DNA from: Azolla caroliniana
Taxonomy: Eukaryota > Plantae > Polypodiophyta
Reading direction: 5' to 3'
Assembly: GCA_043228905.1 (NCBI GenBank)
Contig: JBHGNT010000006.1
Location: 6,138,001 to 6,202,000 of the forward strand
Length of the DNA stretch: 64,000 nucleotides
Shown here piece by piece: positions 8,884 to 20,499 of this stretch. Under the pieces are notes generated by a model that was not told where the DNA came from, ran no database searches, and saw nothing but the letters and a program-made list of their open reading frames with translations. Each line of letters begins with the position of its first letter. Position 1 is the stretch's first letter. The position numbers and the translations under genes were made by a program.

Positions 8884-11800
8884 ATGGTGTTCCATTTGTT
8901 CCTATTGTGATATCATCTGTATCATCAGATGTTGGTATTAGGTTTTGTATTACAATAGAGGTGAGATGAAATGTCTCCCTCTGTTTTCTATATGTACATT
9001 TCTCAAGTAATTTACTAAGGTGTATCTTTTTTTTTTTTAAAAAAAAAGAGTTTAATAGCTCATATGAAGAGTTAGTAGGCCTAGGAGAGAAGGAATTGAC
9101 GCAACAAATGTCATAGGGAGAGTCTCGACCAGATTCTTTTTCTTCAAGAAAACTGAAGTCATTAGAAATGGTCGTGGGAGCAATTTTGTTTTGTCAATAA
9201 CCACTTTGCACCACCTAAATGTAAAGAAATAAATTTGGATCAAGGCACTTGACAACACCCATGACAATATTGTCTATCATGTCACAATTATTAGTGCAAG
9301 TATCCATGAAAAGAGTGTGAATGACATTATCATGGGCACAGGGGTCCTAAACCAAGGAAGATGGACTCGACATCATTGACTTCATCATGTTTGATAGTGT
9401 CAAGTATGTAAGATGGCTCTTAACAAATTTCTCCTTGCAATGTACACATTGGCACTTAGTGTGGAATTAGATGTATGTGCTTTCATACTATGTGTATATT
9501 GCCATGTAAACTTGTATATTCATATGGATATGCAAAATCTACATTCCAAAATAATATGTGACTATGTGTACATTAATAAGACACACACGCACACCCCTAA
9601 CACGTGGAGCAATTGTGCGTCTGTCTACTGGAATATACATGAATATGTGACGCATGGATTGATCTCAACCATAAGAATGGTGAGATCTAGACCGTCATAG
9701 TCTCACACTCTTATCAAACCATTTTGGTTCAACACTAGTTGGGAGCCTTCTCATGTCAAGAGTCCACTTCATTGAGTACTCTTTTAAAAGTCATCGGTTA
9801 ATATAGCAGATTCTTTGTTTACTTATTATCTCTCTTTGTTTTCAATCCTCAGAATGTTCCATGACAAGATCATTTCAATCACGATTAATATTCTTTGTAG
9901 GAAGTTGTGCTTATTGCCTTTGAATATTCCCCCTCTAAACGATCTTTTAGGGTTTACCTCCTATTTCATGCCATTGATGCTCAATTGCAATGATGACATA
10001 ATAATATTTGAGATTTTATCTTGGTTAATTCAACGTATTTAACTTCAAATCTTGTTTTTGGCACCAAGAATCCATGCCAAAGACCGTAAATGTTCATGAA
10101 ACTCTCACTTAGTATAACTATATATCTCATTTCTATTTTTTTTGTCTTCATCAAAAAAGTTAAAAACACTATATTTGTGAATTTCGGAATTTTATTGGCC
10201 CATAGATAGCAATTTGTGTTCTTTTCAATGTTTTCAAATAGGATTCCGTGATGGTTGATCAAAATTATTTGTTTGTGCATGTTAATTCAATGTGCAAATA
10301 ACATGTAATGCATTGTTTCTATATATCCTCCACCTTTATATGATGCATATTGGTATTCTTTGGGTTTGTATATATTGTATGGCATGGTCATCATAAATAT
10401 GAATTTCACAAAGTTACACATACCTAAGCAGATTTTCGTGAGATGGGTTTATTTTAGTTCTTCTTGTCTAACATAAATAAACCAATATGCTTGAATTTTT
10501 TCTCCATAACATTTTTTATACAACCATTTTATTTTGTTTATAAGATCTAATGGGGTTTATAAAAGGGTAACTATATTATATGTATCCATCTTCAAACAAA
10601 GGCCATTTGTTTACATCTCGTGTGGCATAGAAAATTAAAATGCACAAAGTTTACTTCATTTAACATACACACATTCAAAACATTTTTTTTATATAGTTAC
10701 AAATGCTCAAAGTTTCGCTCAATAAACACAATTGATTTTTTCCATCAAATACATGAATTTGAGACTATGGTAGCAATCGAGAATGTTTCGGTTGACTTAA
10801 TTTGAGCAAAAAACAAGACCACAAAAAACAATTTAATTGTTTGGTTCAATTCTCTTAAAGTTTTGAAATTTGTAAACAATTTGGTTTGGGTTCAAATTAG
10901 CAAGGGTTTAGTTAGAGCCTTTATCTGCGTAATACACATTTCTCGACTTACCTAATGGTTTAGATGCATGAGGTAGAAGTGTTGGTTCTCGATGCAATAA
11001 GTATAATGCAAGGTCAACATTATTCATTACATGAATAACTTCCATTCGAGGTTCTGAGTTTATCTCTCTCTTTTGCATTTTCCATTTTGTTGGGGAATGG
11101 CCATAGTTGTCTTTTCCATCACACCAAACAAGTTGAATGTTATTAAGTCATTTGCATTGGTGTGAGGGAGAAGTGTTTGAAACTGAAAACATCCAAAAAG
11201 AAGCATAAAAAGAAATAGATAAGTGTGTCTATTTCGTTTAGGAACTAGGATGAAGCATGTGAAGCTTGAAGAGAGAATGTGTGTGTGGGTGTGTGCCTAT
11301 TGAAGATAGAGCTTCGCCATGGTTAAGGTGTCGATCACATGTCACATTCCTCAATGTATATGATGGTGGTGTTAAGTGTTTGACACAAGGTGACAAACTA
11401 AATTTTCATTACATTTGAAAGTATTTTTTTGGTTGTCTTTGATGGTGGATTTAAAATGATGACACATTTTAGATCGGACATGCTTTGCATATAGTGATCG
11501 AGGAGGATGGCAAGAACGAATTCCTTACATGCCCAATTGCGAAAACCATTTGGATTATTGTGTCACAACTTCAAGCGTTGTTAATTGGGAAAAAACTATC
11601 ATCGTTATGAAGAGTTCTTCATTCAATGACCTAGAGCTTTGCCATCTCCATTATGTAAGGTAGTACATTTTGATGTTATTGTCCATGGAGTATTACAACT
11701 TTTACATATGTTGAAAGGATAGTTCATTTGACAACTTATGTAATTGAGCTCTACGAGCACAATATCTTCGAAGCAATTGCTTTTATGTAAACTAGTCTTA

Positions 11801-11905
11801 TAATTCTATAGAGGGTGGATTACCATTAATGAACATTACCTTTGGCCATTGCTCAATCAATATATTCGATATTAGCAAGGGTTAATTTTAATATATTGCC
11901 CTTGA

Positions 11906-14279
11906 CATGAGTCATGATCAACTTATTGCCCCCTTGTTGATGTCATTGAACAGGAAATTGTTGTCTTGGTCTTCGAGACATTTATCATTGGCTAGAAGAA
12001 TTGTGATTGCTAATCAAGTGCTTCTATCTTCGATGTGGTATATCCTCTCATCTTGGTTGTTTTCAAGATCTGTTCTCTCTTGGGTATAGAGGCTTGTCCG
12101 CAATTTCTTATGGGGTGCATCTGATGCAAATGCAAGATCCAAAGTTGTGTGGAAGGTAATAATATCTCCTCCTCACGAGGGCGGATTAGGTTTGATAGGC
12201 CCAATGTTACAATGTAGAGCATTACTTGGGAAATTTGTTGTGAGAAGTATGCTGCTAGGGAATGAACCATGGAAGTTGCTACTTCATGAACATATGAAGG
12301 AATTGGTTCCATGTAGAGGTGGACATTGGAAGCGAAATGTGAGGTGGTAGTTTGTGCATGAGGATATGCCTTTGACTTCTATTTTTACTTCCGAGAAATT
12401 TTTTAACTCTTTGTTAAGAGCTTGGAAAAGTTTGTTGCCTAATCTTGTGCATAAACAAAACATCCTATATGGGAGGACGAGTGGAAAAGGCAACCAATTT
12501 GCTGGAACCCCTTGATTAAGGATGATTATGGTAATGTGTTGGGAAGAAGGACAAGATTAAATTGGGTGGTGGTTGATGAGGCATTTGCGGTTAATGTTGG
12601 TACTTGGTTAAACTTTAATTAATCCTCTAGGGATGTTAAGGAATAAGTTTGGAAATCAATAAGAGGTGGTACGTTAATGTTCCACGCGATAAGTAACACT
12701 TGTAATAGGATTTTGCCTTCTTCTTTTAATTCAAACCATGTATGGTATGGGGCATTCTCTTCTTTTAATGTCTTGATTGGAGCAAGAGCTTATACATCTA
12801 ATGAATCCTTCTTAGCATTTATAATAGTTTCGGAGGGAAAATTGCATTGGGTCTCTATGGAGGATGATCTTCTCAATTTAGTGGAAAGGAAGCCAATTAG
12901 GGTGGTAGCAAAAACAGGGAAAGTATGTATTATTGATCCCCATCCTGAAAAAGTAAACACTTTCTGGGATATTTGGGTTTGTGATTGTAAGCCCTTATTG
13001 GAGTTAGAGTGGGATCCGACGGAATGATGGTGGAGAGAACCTAATGGTAAGATGGTTTCTTTCTTTGACTACTTTGTAAAACTAGGTAGGGAATTCCAAC
13101 AAAGGAGGAATCTAGTTATGTTGGCTACAGTTAAGGTATGGTTAAATAATAATATTCCTATGCATTCAGTATTGGCATTTTGGAAATGGTTGTGGGCTCT
13201 ACAAATTCCTCGCAAAATCATTACATTTAGATGGTTATGTGTCCACTATGCACTTCCAGTCTAGGAATGGATGCATAGGGAAGAGGGAACAAAAACTTGC
13301 TCTTTTTGTGGGCTTCACTTGGATTAAGAGCTCATTTCAACAACAACAGAATTCTGCACAGCCAAACAGATAATGTCATCCTGTTCTGTTAGCCTCTTCA
13401 CGACCCGGCGGCATGCCTAACACATGCAAGTCAAACGGGAAGCATCTTCATGATGTTTCCAGTGGCGGACGGGTGAGTAATGCCTGAGAACCTGGCCTCA
13501 AGAGGGGGACAACAACAGGACTCTCTACCCTGATCATCTAGTTGTTGGTTGTATTCGCCAATGTGAATGTTGGTTTATGTCCTTAATCTTTCAAGGAGAA
13601 AAATATGGTTGCTTTGCCCTCAACACATCCATCAACTCCGTTACTTGAGAGGGCTAACATCTGCATGTTTTGTTTGGAAACGTATGTTGCGCCTCATTGA
13701 CATTGCATATGGACCTAATGTGATTACATGGGGAAATGTCTTTTGGATGGACGTAAATGTGGATAAGCATAATTATGAAAGGGAAAAGATATTATATACC
13801 CTTCAAACTTGGGGGAGGCAAGTTAAGGACATACCATACTCAAGCTCAAATCGGTTGAATGTGGATGCTATAGTATGGGCTACGATATCATCGATGGTTC
13901 TATGGAATATTTGGATAGATCGATGCAAAAATGTGTTTAAGCAAATAAAGCAAAATCATGTTCATTGTGTGAAGGAAATTTGGTCGATGCTTATCTCAAT
14001 TTTAAAAGGTCAATATGACTCCTTCACGTGCAATGAAGATATGATTTTTATGAAACAACAATCCTTTAAAGGCAAATGGAAGGATTTGTTAGTTTTTGTG
14101 GAGAGAAATGACAAAATTGAGATGCAATATGTACCCCCGCGATGGTTGTTTCCTCCATAGGTGGAGGTTGGTGTCAAGTATGACATAATGGGGGATATCT
14201 TACTCGCCACTTCATTGTATTATTATATGTCTTGTATATGGTTTTTGGATTGGTAATGGAAACTATGGTGTAGTATAAA

Positions 14280-14302
<23 letters not shown>
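11906..14302 (+). mobile_element. 5'-truncated, decayed L1 copy related to the intact element, with (TA)n tail
   Basis: 15-bp TSD ATATATTGCCCTTGA at 11891-11905 and 14303-14317. ORF fragments (LIAPLL..RKLLSW..LSLARRIVIANQVLL; GGLGL; WDPTE; FFDYFVKLGR; HYALPV) are collinear with the intact ORF2 but broken by stops and frameshifts. Confidence 0.93.
13407..13520 (+). pseudogene. rrn16: 16S (SSU) rRNA 5' fragment, plastid-like (NUPT), inserted in the decayed L1
   Basis: GGCGGCATGCCTAACACATGCAAGTC...AGTGGCGGACGGGTGAGTAA..GAGAACCTG..GGGGACAAC are universal 16S motifs. The helix-6 segment GGGAAGCATCTTCATGATGTTTCCAGTGG resembles non-seed-plant plastid rrn16 as I recall it. Only ~115 bp, so non-functional. 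Confidence 0.85.
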
Positions 14303-14311
<9 letters not shown>

Positions 14312-14879
14312 CCTTGAATACGAGGGTTGTTTTTTATCTGTAATAAGATGCTAGCCTTTGCATTTTGGACAATATGATCATAAAAAACTTTATAAAGATG
14401 CCATGTACGTACTACTAGAATTTCCTTCTTTTATTTTTGTTCGTTGTAGAGTTCATAATTTTTAAAGTGGACAATTCAATACGTACCAAATGTCACATCT
14501 ATCAGAAAATTTTATCACATTAGCTCCATGTGGTCATTTTTTTAGCATTGCATGAAAAACTAAATCATCCATGATTCCATCTCCTTATACCAAATTTGCA
14601 ACAAGAAAAGCACGAGGGTATGACTATATTGAACAAAACTCTGAGCATTCGTAACTAGAACGAAAAACCTTTATACATACGTCTATGTTGTATGAAGTAA
14701 ACTTTGTGCATTTGTATGCAATTTCTCAATGAGGTGATTATGGGAACTTCATAATAATAGATTTATATTCTCATAGTTAGCAATTGACAACAATTTGTCT
14801 TGGCTTGGAGTCTCAAATTTAAATTATTTTAAACTAAACCGTTTTAAAACATAGAAAAATTGTGTGGTGTGACATAAGA

Positions 14880-16290
14880 TGAGGGCTCAAGTGCTAGCTC
14901 CGAACCTGCCTGACTAAATCAACGCATCATGTGGAACCCATGTATCTAAGATGAATTCGGTAAACTAATTGGATCAAGTAAGGGGTTGTCATGGGGAAGC
15001 ATTACATAAGGTCCAACAAAGAGTATAGAATGTTGAGGGGGTTTATGTCACCATCATTACAAGATGAAGTCAACATACTTCATGGCATCTGGGGCAGATG
15101 GACTATGAGATTTGAACATGTGAACATCGTATTGTTTGGGGAAGTTGCTAGTCAAAGGACAACAATGGAGAAGTGGATAGGGAACAAGGAGGAGTGTTCT
15201 TTGATTCCAAGAGGTAGGGAAACACCGAATAGAATCCAAGGCCATGAGCTGCCAGAAAATGAAGAACCAACAACAACGGACATGGTAATTCCAGTGCTCA
15301 CATATATAGGCTATAAGTGGATTGTAGATCTTGATCAGATCAAAGTACAACCAAAATGGCATATATGTGCTCATGAAAACACACATTGGCTATGTAAGGT
15401 CAGTTGGGACCCTGATGTGGCACGATCTTTATGCAAGCCAAGGTAGCAAAGTCATCCTCTTCTTCCAATTCACGACCAGATTGGGTCGCCACATCCTAGT
15501 TGCTCAAACCCACCGAAAACTGGTTGCTGCAAAGATATGGAACACATATCATGTTCCCAATACAACTATTGCAAAGTTTTGGCAACAATTATGGAAACAT
15601 CAACATGCTAGGTGAATTACCACATTTTAAATATAGGTCACTACCGGTTCGAGCATGGCAACGTAGGATCCTTAACTCTCTTAATTGTGTAGCGTGCCCC
15701 AATGCAATAGAATCAATCGGACATGCTTTATGGGATTGCCCAAAGACTCATCGAATATGGTGGGGGGTTGGCTGATTATTGCAATTATGCTATGTGCAAG
15801 GCACATTAAAGTGGGGGAATGTATATTGGTCATCATGGCAGGCCCCAATTGACATATACGAACATCAAGAGGAGGGAATGGCGTTGGTGATAAAGGCACA
15901 AGAGATCTCATTTTCCACCACCAACAATATTCACTGAACTCCCATCAATGCCAAAGCTTAAGTCGTCATCCCAATAACACTATGGACTCTCTAGAAACAA
16001 TGTTATAGGCGGGTCTTCTCCAATCAAACTATGCACCATGCAACAGTATTGCAGGAGATATAGAGTGACGTTGTAGTTACGCTAAAGAGCCAATACGATG
16101 GCATCGCAGGTGGATCCGATGGAGCCGAAAGACAACGATTATCCTTCATCTAACAATATCGTTCTCTCCCTTAGAGTCAATGAACCTCCATATAAGATGG
16201 AACCATTGAGTCACTTTTGGTATTTGTATACAACATTCTTAGTTGTAAAAATTTATAACTAATAAAGGAGTTTTGTTTGTTGGGAAAAAG
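14880..16290 (+). mobile_element. Decayed 3' portion of another L1 copy
   Basis: Fragments IMWNPCI*DEFGKLIG..LSWG, KVSWDPD, FFQFTTRLGR, KFWQQLW and CVACPNAIESIGHALWDCP are collinear with the intact ORF2. AATAAA and a short A-run lie near 16261-16289. Confidence 0.85.
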
Positions 16291-17459
16291 AAACTTTGAA
16301 AATTAAACCAAACCAAACCCGAAACTGTTTAAGGATTTTCCAAGCATAAACCAAATGGTTTCAAGAGATTTACAAACCATTAAGCTATTAAGCCACAATT
16401 TTGTGGTTTGGTACAAATGAATATTTTGTATTAACTTTTCAAGTGTGTGAATGATAGGTAACACAATAAAGTGTATGTGGATAAAAAGAAATTATTGTGT
16501 TTAGAAGAGTATAGCTCATCCCCCATCCTTGTTGTGCCTTGTTCCAAGTGAGAATTTGCTACATTTCCATAGTTTGTGCAAGAACAACGGTTTGCTCGTT
16601 CTTATCTTAGTTTCCTCACAGGACCACTCCCTCTAGAAAATGTGTCAGAAAACAAGATATTTTAGCTCCTTTATTCTTTAGCACTCTTCGAAAAAAATGA
16701 GGATCTTTGAATCACAAACACATTATTACTCTCTAACTTCCCTCTTTAAGTGGTAGTTGTTATTAATGTTGATTGTCATCTTTGTACACATGTTTTGCCA
16801 CTTCTTACCAATATATGTACATCGCTTCAAACAAGAAGAGGCGTCTCATTCTTTCTTTTATGTTCTTCCAAGTTTGGAGAGTTAAAATGGTATTATGTTT
16901 TCCGAATAAGCAATTGGAAAGTTTTTAATATTCAAGTATATTTGTAGTTTTGCATAGTTTAATTCATGACCGAATTTTAAAAGCTCAACACACTCCATGG
17001 ATTGAGGTGTTTATGCCTCATAGAACCAAAAGTGTTGTGGGATATCATGAAACGAAATGAGATAAATAGATCTCTTTTTAACATCTACAGGAATCCGATG
17101 GCAATCTATGAGGCAAACGTTTTGGAGACACTCATCACTCAATGGGAAGATTCTGATGGTGCAAAACTTTAAGAGAGTAAGATATTATTGAAAGAACAAA
17201 CATGTCTTATTTACACATTGTTGTCTATCTCTCTTTGAACTCTCTTGTGAGATGTATGTTGAATCATCACCAAGATTGACACATTGAACTTCCCATCATA
17301 CACCAAACACTTGTATGTACCAATGTTCATTCTACCTCAAGGAAACATCTATCGTTTGCTTGCCTCTTTGATCAAACTTTTGACACTATCACAAACGAGT
17401 AATGGTTCGAGGACAATGATGTCAAGGTAGAGTTTGTGTCTTTAAATAAATGGTGAGTT

Positions 17460-17460
<1 letters not shown>

Positions 17461-17491
<31 letters not shown>
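17461..17491. repeat. (AG)n microsatellite
   Basis: About 15 perfect AG units. Confidence 0.95.
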
Positions 17492-17494
<3 letters not shown>

Positions 17495-19888
17495 TAGTCG
17501 TGAATGTTTTTTAATGTAAGAGAACCTAGGTTACGTCAATCAATGATATAATTGTTCACTATACATTAAGTATACTTTTGTGATGAACATGTTCAACAAT
17601 GTATTTAATTTGAACTAGCGTACAATAAGTATATTTGTATTGAAAATGTTCAACAATGGTCCAAATTTAAACTAGTGTAGGATTTTAAAAAATTGTATTT
17701 GTTGGTAAAAGTATCTAAACTTCAACACAAGATTGACAAAAAAATATGATCCTTCAAAACCGGACCAGAAATTCAATAAAGAATTGGGGGAAATGAAAGG
17801 GGCCAAATTTCAATTTTGGATTAGAAAAAATACGTTCCTCAAAAAAGGGACTAGCATGGCATGGCCTATATAGGCAACAGTATAAAAAGTGATCTAAATC
17901 CAATATTTTGAAACCAAAGATATACTAAAATCTTGGTCATGGTGAATCCTTGGGAGTTATTTTTCTTATGTTGAAAGGAAACATTTTCTATGAGCAACAA
18001 GGTCCCCTTCATGCACACAAATATTATCATTTCATATATCTCCATTTTACGTTATAACCATAGAACGTAATATTTGCATTCTTTTCCTCAAACATTTGTT
18101 TTCATACATTTGCAAACAAATGCGTAGCAGCGTATGTTATGAAAACATACTTATGTCTTTTTTTTTACGTTCAAAATTTTTTTCTCACTTTTTTCCCTTA
18201 AAAAATGGTTTACTTTTTGGAAATAATGAGTACAAAAGTATGGTATTTACCGTACTTCGAGTGTGTTTACCATACTCGAAAGATCAAAACATACTCGATG
18301 TGAGTGCACGTATGGTTCATACTAAGATTATAACTTCTTTTTTTACTGGAACAACCATTGTTTTGAAGCATTTATTTAACTTGGAAAGATCATAAAAATT
18401 ATCTCCTTATTTCCTTTATCTTTTGGCACCTAACAGAAGATGTAGGATCATAATGTTGCTTCCTTTTTAGCCTTGTGATTTCTTGTCAATTTAAAATAAA
18501 GTCTAGCATATTACACTACGGGAAACCATGTTATGTGATATAATTTATTCATTTATTTTAGAGAGCCCCTTTTCATTTTATATGTTAGAATGAAAACATG
18601 GTACGAAAATGTATTTTGAATCATACTCCCATGGAAAATAGGCAAAGATGAATGTTACAATTGATTGGTGTGCTCTTTGTTTCCAAACATTATCCTCTTT
18701 TTTGCACTTCATTCATACAATATGGTGAAATATTGTCCTCGTGTATTCTAAACATTGTCTGTAATACAATGTATTTGCCCTTCCAAAACTCTTTCTCTCC
18801 CTCTCTCAAAACACACACGTTGTAAAGAGTCCGTCTCCAATTCTAGACATTAAACTTCTCGTTGAAATGGTAGATGAGCATTAGAAAATTCAGGGAGCTT
18901 TTATAAAGGTTGGTCCATTTTTTCTCATTTATCAATAATTTAAAATACAATTGTTAGTATATGCCTCGTTTCAAATATCTTCGTCAATGTGGATACACAT
19001 TAAAATTCTTCGTGTGGGCTAAATTTCCCTTATCTCAAAAACATTCAAACCTATTTGTGATCATTGTTTGTCTCTCTAGGTGTATATGTAGTACAGTGTA
19101 CACAATGCATTCTTCATAAATGTGGGCCCTATGCGACTTTATTATTTTGATTTCAAGGGAATGCCCAAATGAAATTTGGAAAATATGGTTTAAGGTTGAC
19201 TGATAATACTAATTTATTGTATAAATGAAATATCCCAAGATTATGTAATAAAGTTTTATGATGTCTTGCATACATTCTTTAACTTGTCTAATTTGAAATT
19301 CTTTATCTATATTAATTTGAATTTTGATTGTGTACCTTTTTTGACAAAACAATAAATGAATGATTGAGAAAGAAAATTGATAATTCAAAGCTCAAGTATC
19401 CAGCCAATTATCAATATAATTATCATTCACTTATTTTTATGAGGCACAATTCGTGAAATAAACACCATTCTTACATGTTCATGGTCTAACGTGCCTATGT
19501 CATAAAAAATGCAAATATATAGTTCAATCATTTTGAATATATAACACTCAAGGCTTAGGAATGTGAGATTGATGACATTGTGATGTGACGGCTCCCCCCC
19601 TACTAAAAAGGCATCTCGCAAAGAAATCTAGTCAAACACCTCCATTTCTCCTCTATAATATTTACTAGTTATAGATAGATAAGCATCCTCAATCCACTTT
19701 GTACCAAGAGTATACAAACATTTGATTCTTTATAGATAATACCTCATCGCCATGTGTGATTCTTAATCTCTTCATATCATGAGTGGTGATGTGGATTCAA
19801 ATTAGAAATACACTATTATGATATTAAAGTATGGAGTGATCAACAATAATGTTTTGTATTTTTCCATTCGCAACAAGAGGATCGACAA

Positions 19889-20471
19889 TAGCAATGGACC
19901 CAGTTTCAGCTCAAACCAAACGAACCGTTAAGCCCTGGTTTAACAATTTATCGGTTCCAAAAAATAATAATGGTTTGGGTTAGAAATAAATGGTTCGGTT
20001 TTAGTTTGGTTTGGTTCTAAAACTCAAGTTTATGTTTTTAGGTTTGGTTTACAGGTTTAGAGGTTTATAGTTTTTTGGTGAACTTCGTCTGCCCCCCCCC
20101 CCATAATGGTTTATTAATTTAATGGTTTAATTAGTGGTTTTTTATTGATTTAATTAATTTAACTTAAATGATTATTTCATTTAATGGTTTTTAACTAATG
20201 CTTTTTTATTGATTTAATAAATATAACTTAAATTTTTATTTAATTTAATGTATTTTTGTTTATTTAGTTTGACTTAAGTGGTTATGTAACAGGTTAAATT
20301 TTTTTATTCAATGGTTCAATTTTGTTTCAACTTTTCCATAAACGGTTTTGGTTTAAATCGCTTGAGAGTTCCTAATCGGTTTGGTTTGGTTTTTGTTTTA
20401 TATAAATGGTTTGGTTTGGTTTCAAGGCAAAGAAACTGAACCAAACCGAAACCAAACCGGGCCCATTGCTA
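19889..20471. mobile_element. Non-autonomous hAT-type DNA transposon (MITE), 583 bp
   Basis: TIRs TAGCAATGGACCCAGTTT and AAACCGGGCCCATTGCTA (16/18 match). Perfect 8-bp TSD ATCGACAA at 19881-19888 and 20472-20479. The interior has GGTTT/AAACC repeats and an AT-rich core, with no ORF. Confidence 0.92.
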
Positions 20472-20499
20472 ATCGACAAGGATCGAATTCTTTTGAGGC

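Larger units (their letters stand above)
2801..9045 (+). mobile_element. Full-length, intact L1-clade non-LTR retrotransposon
   Basis: Perfect 16-bp TSD AAGAGTTTAATAGCTC at 2785-2800 and 9046-9061. The insertion site TT|AAGA resembles the L1 endonuclease target. 349-bp 5' UTR, two uninterrupted ORFs, ~160-bp 3' UTR ending T12 then an A-run. Confidence 0.96.

Noticed and set aside
10960-11890. Possible MuDR/hAT transposase relics here and at 1400-2160, 14320-14800 and 39400-40300
   Set aside because: Composition suggests decayed TE DNA, but I could not recover a motif series strong enough to call.
13407-13520. Functional rRNA gene or bacterial contaminant contig
   Set aside because: Only ~115 bp, embedded in a TSD-bounded L1 within clearly eukaryotic DNA.
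13567-14160. 197-aa ORF as an independent gene
   Set aside because: It is a chance fusion of filler DNA with the C-terminal remnant of L1 ORF2.
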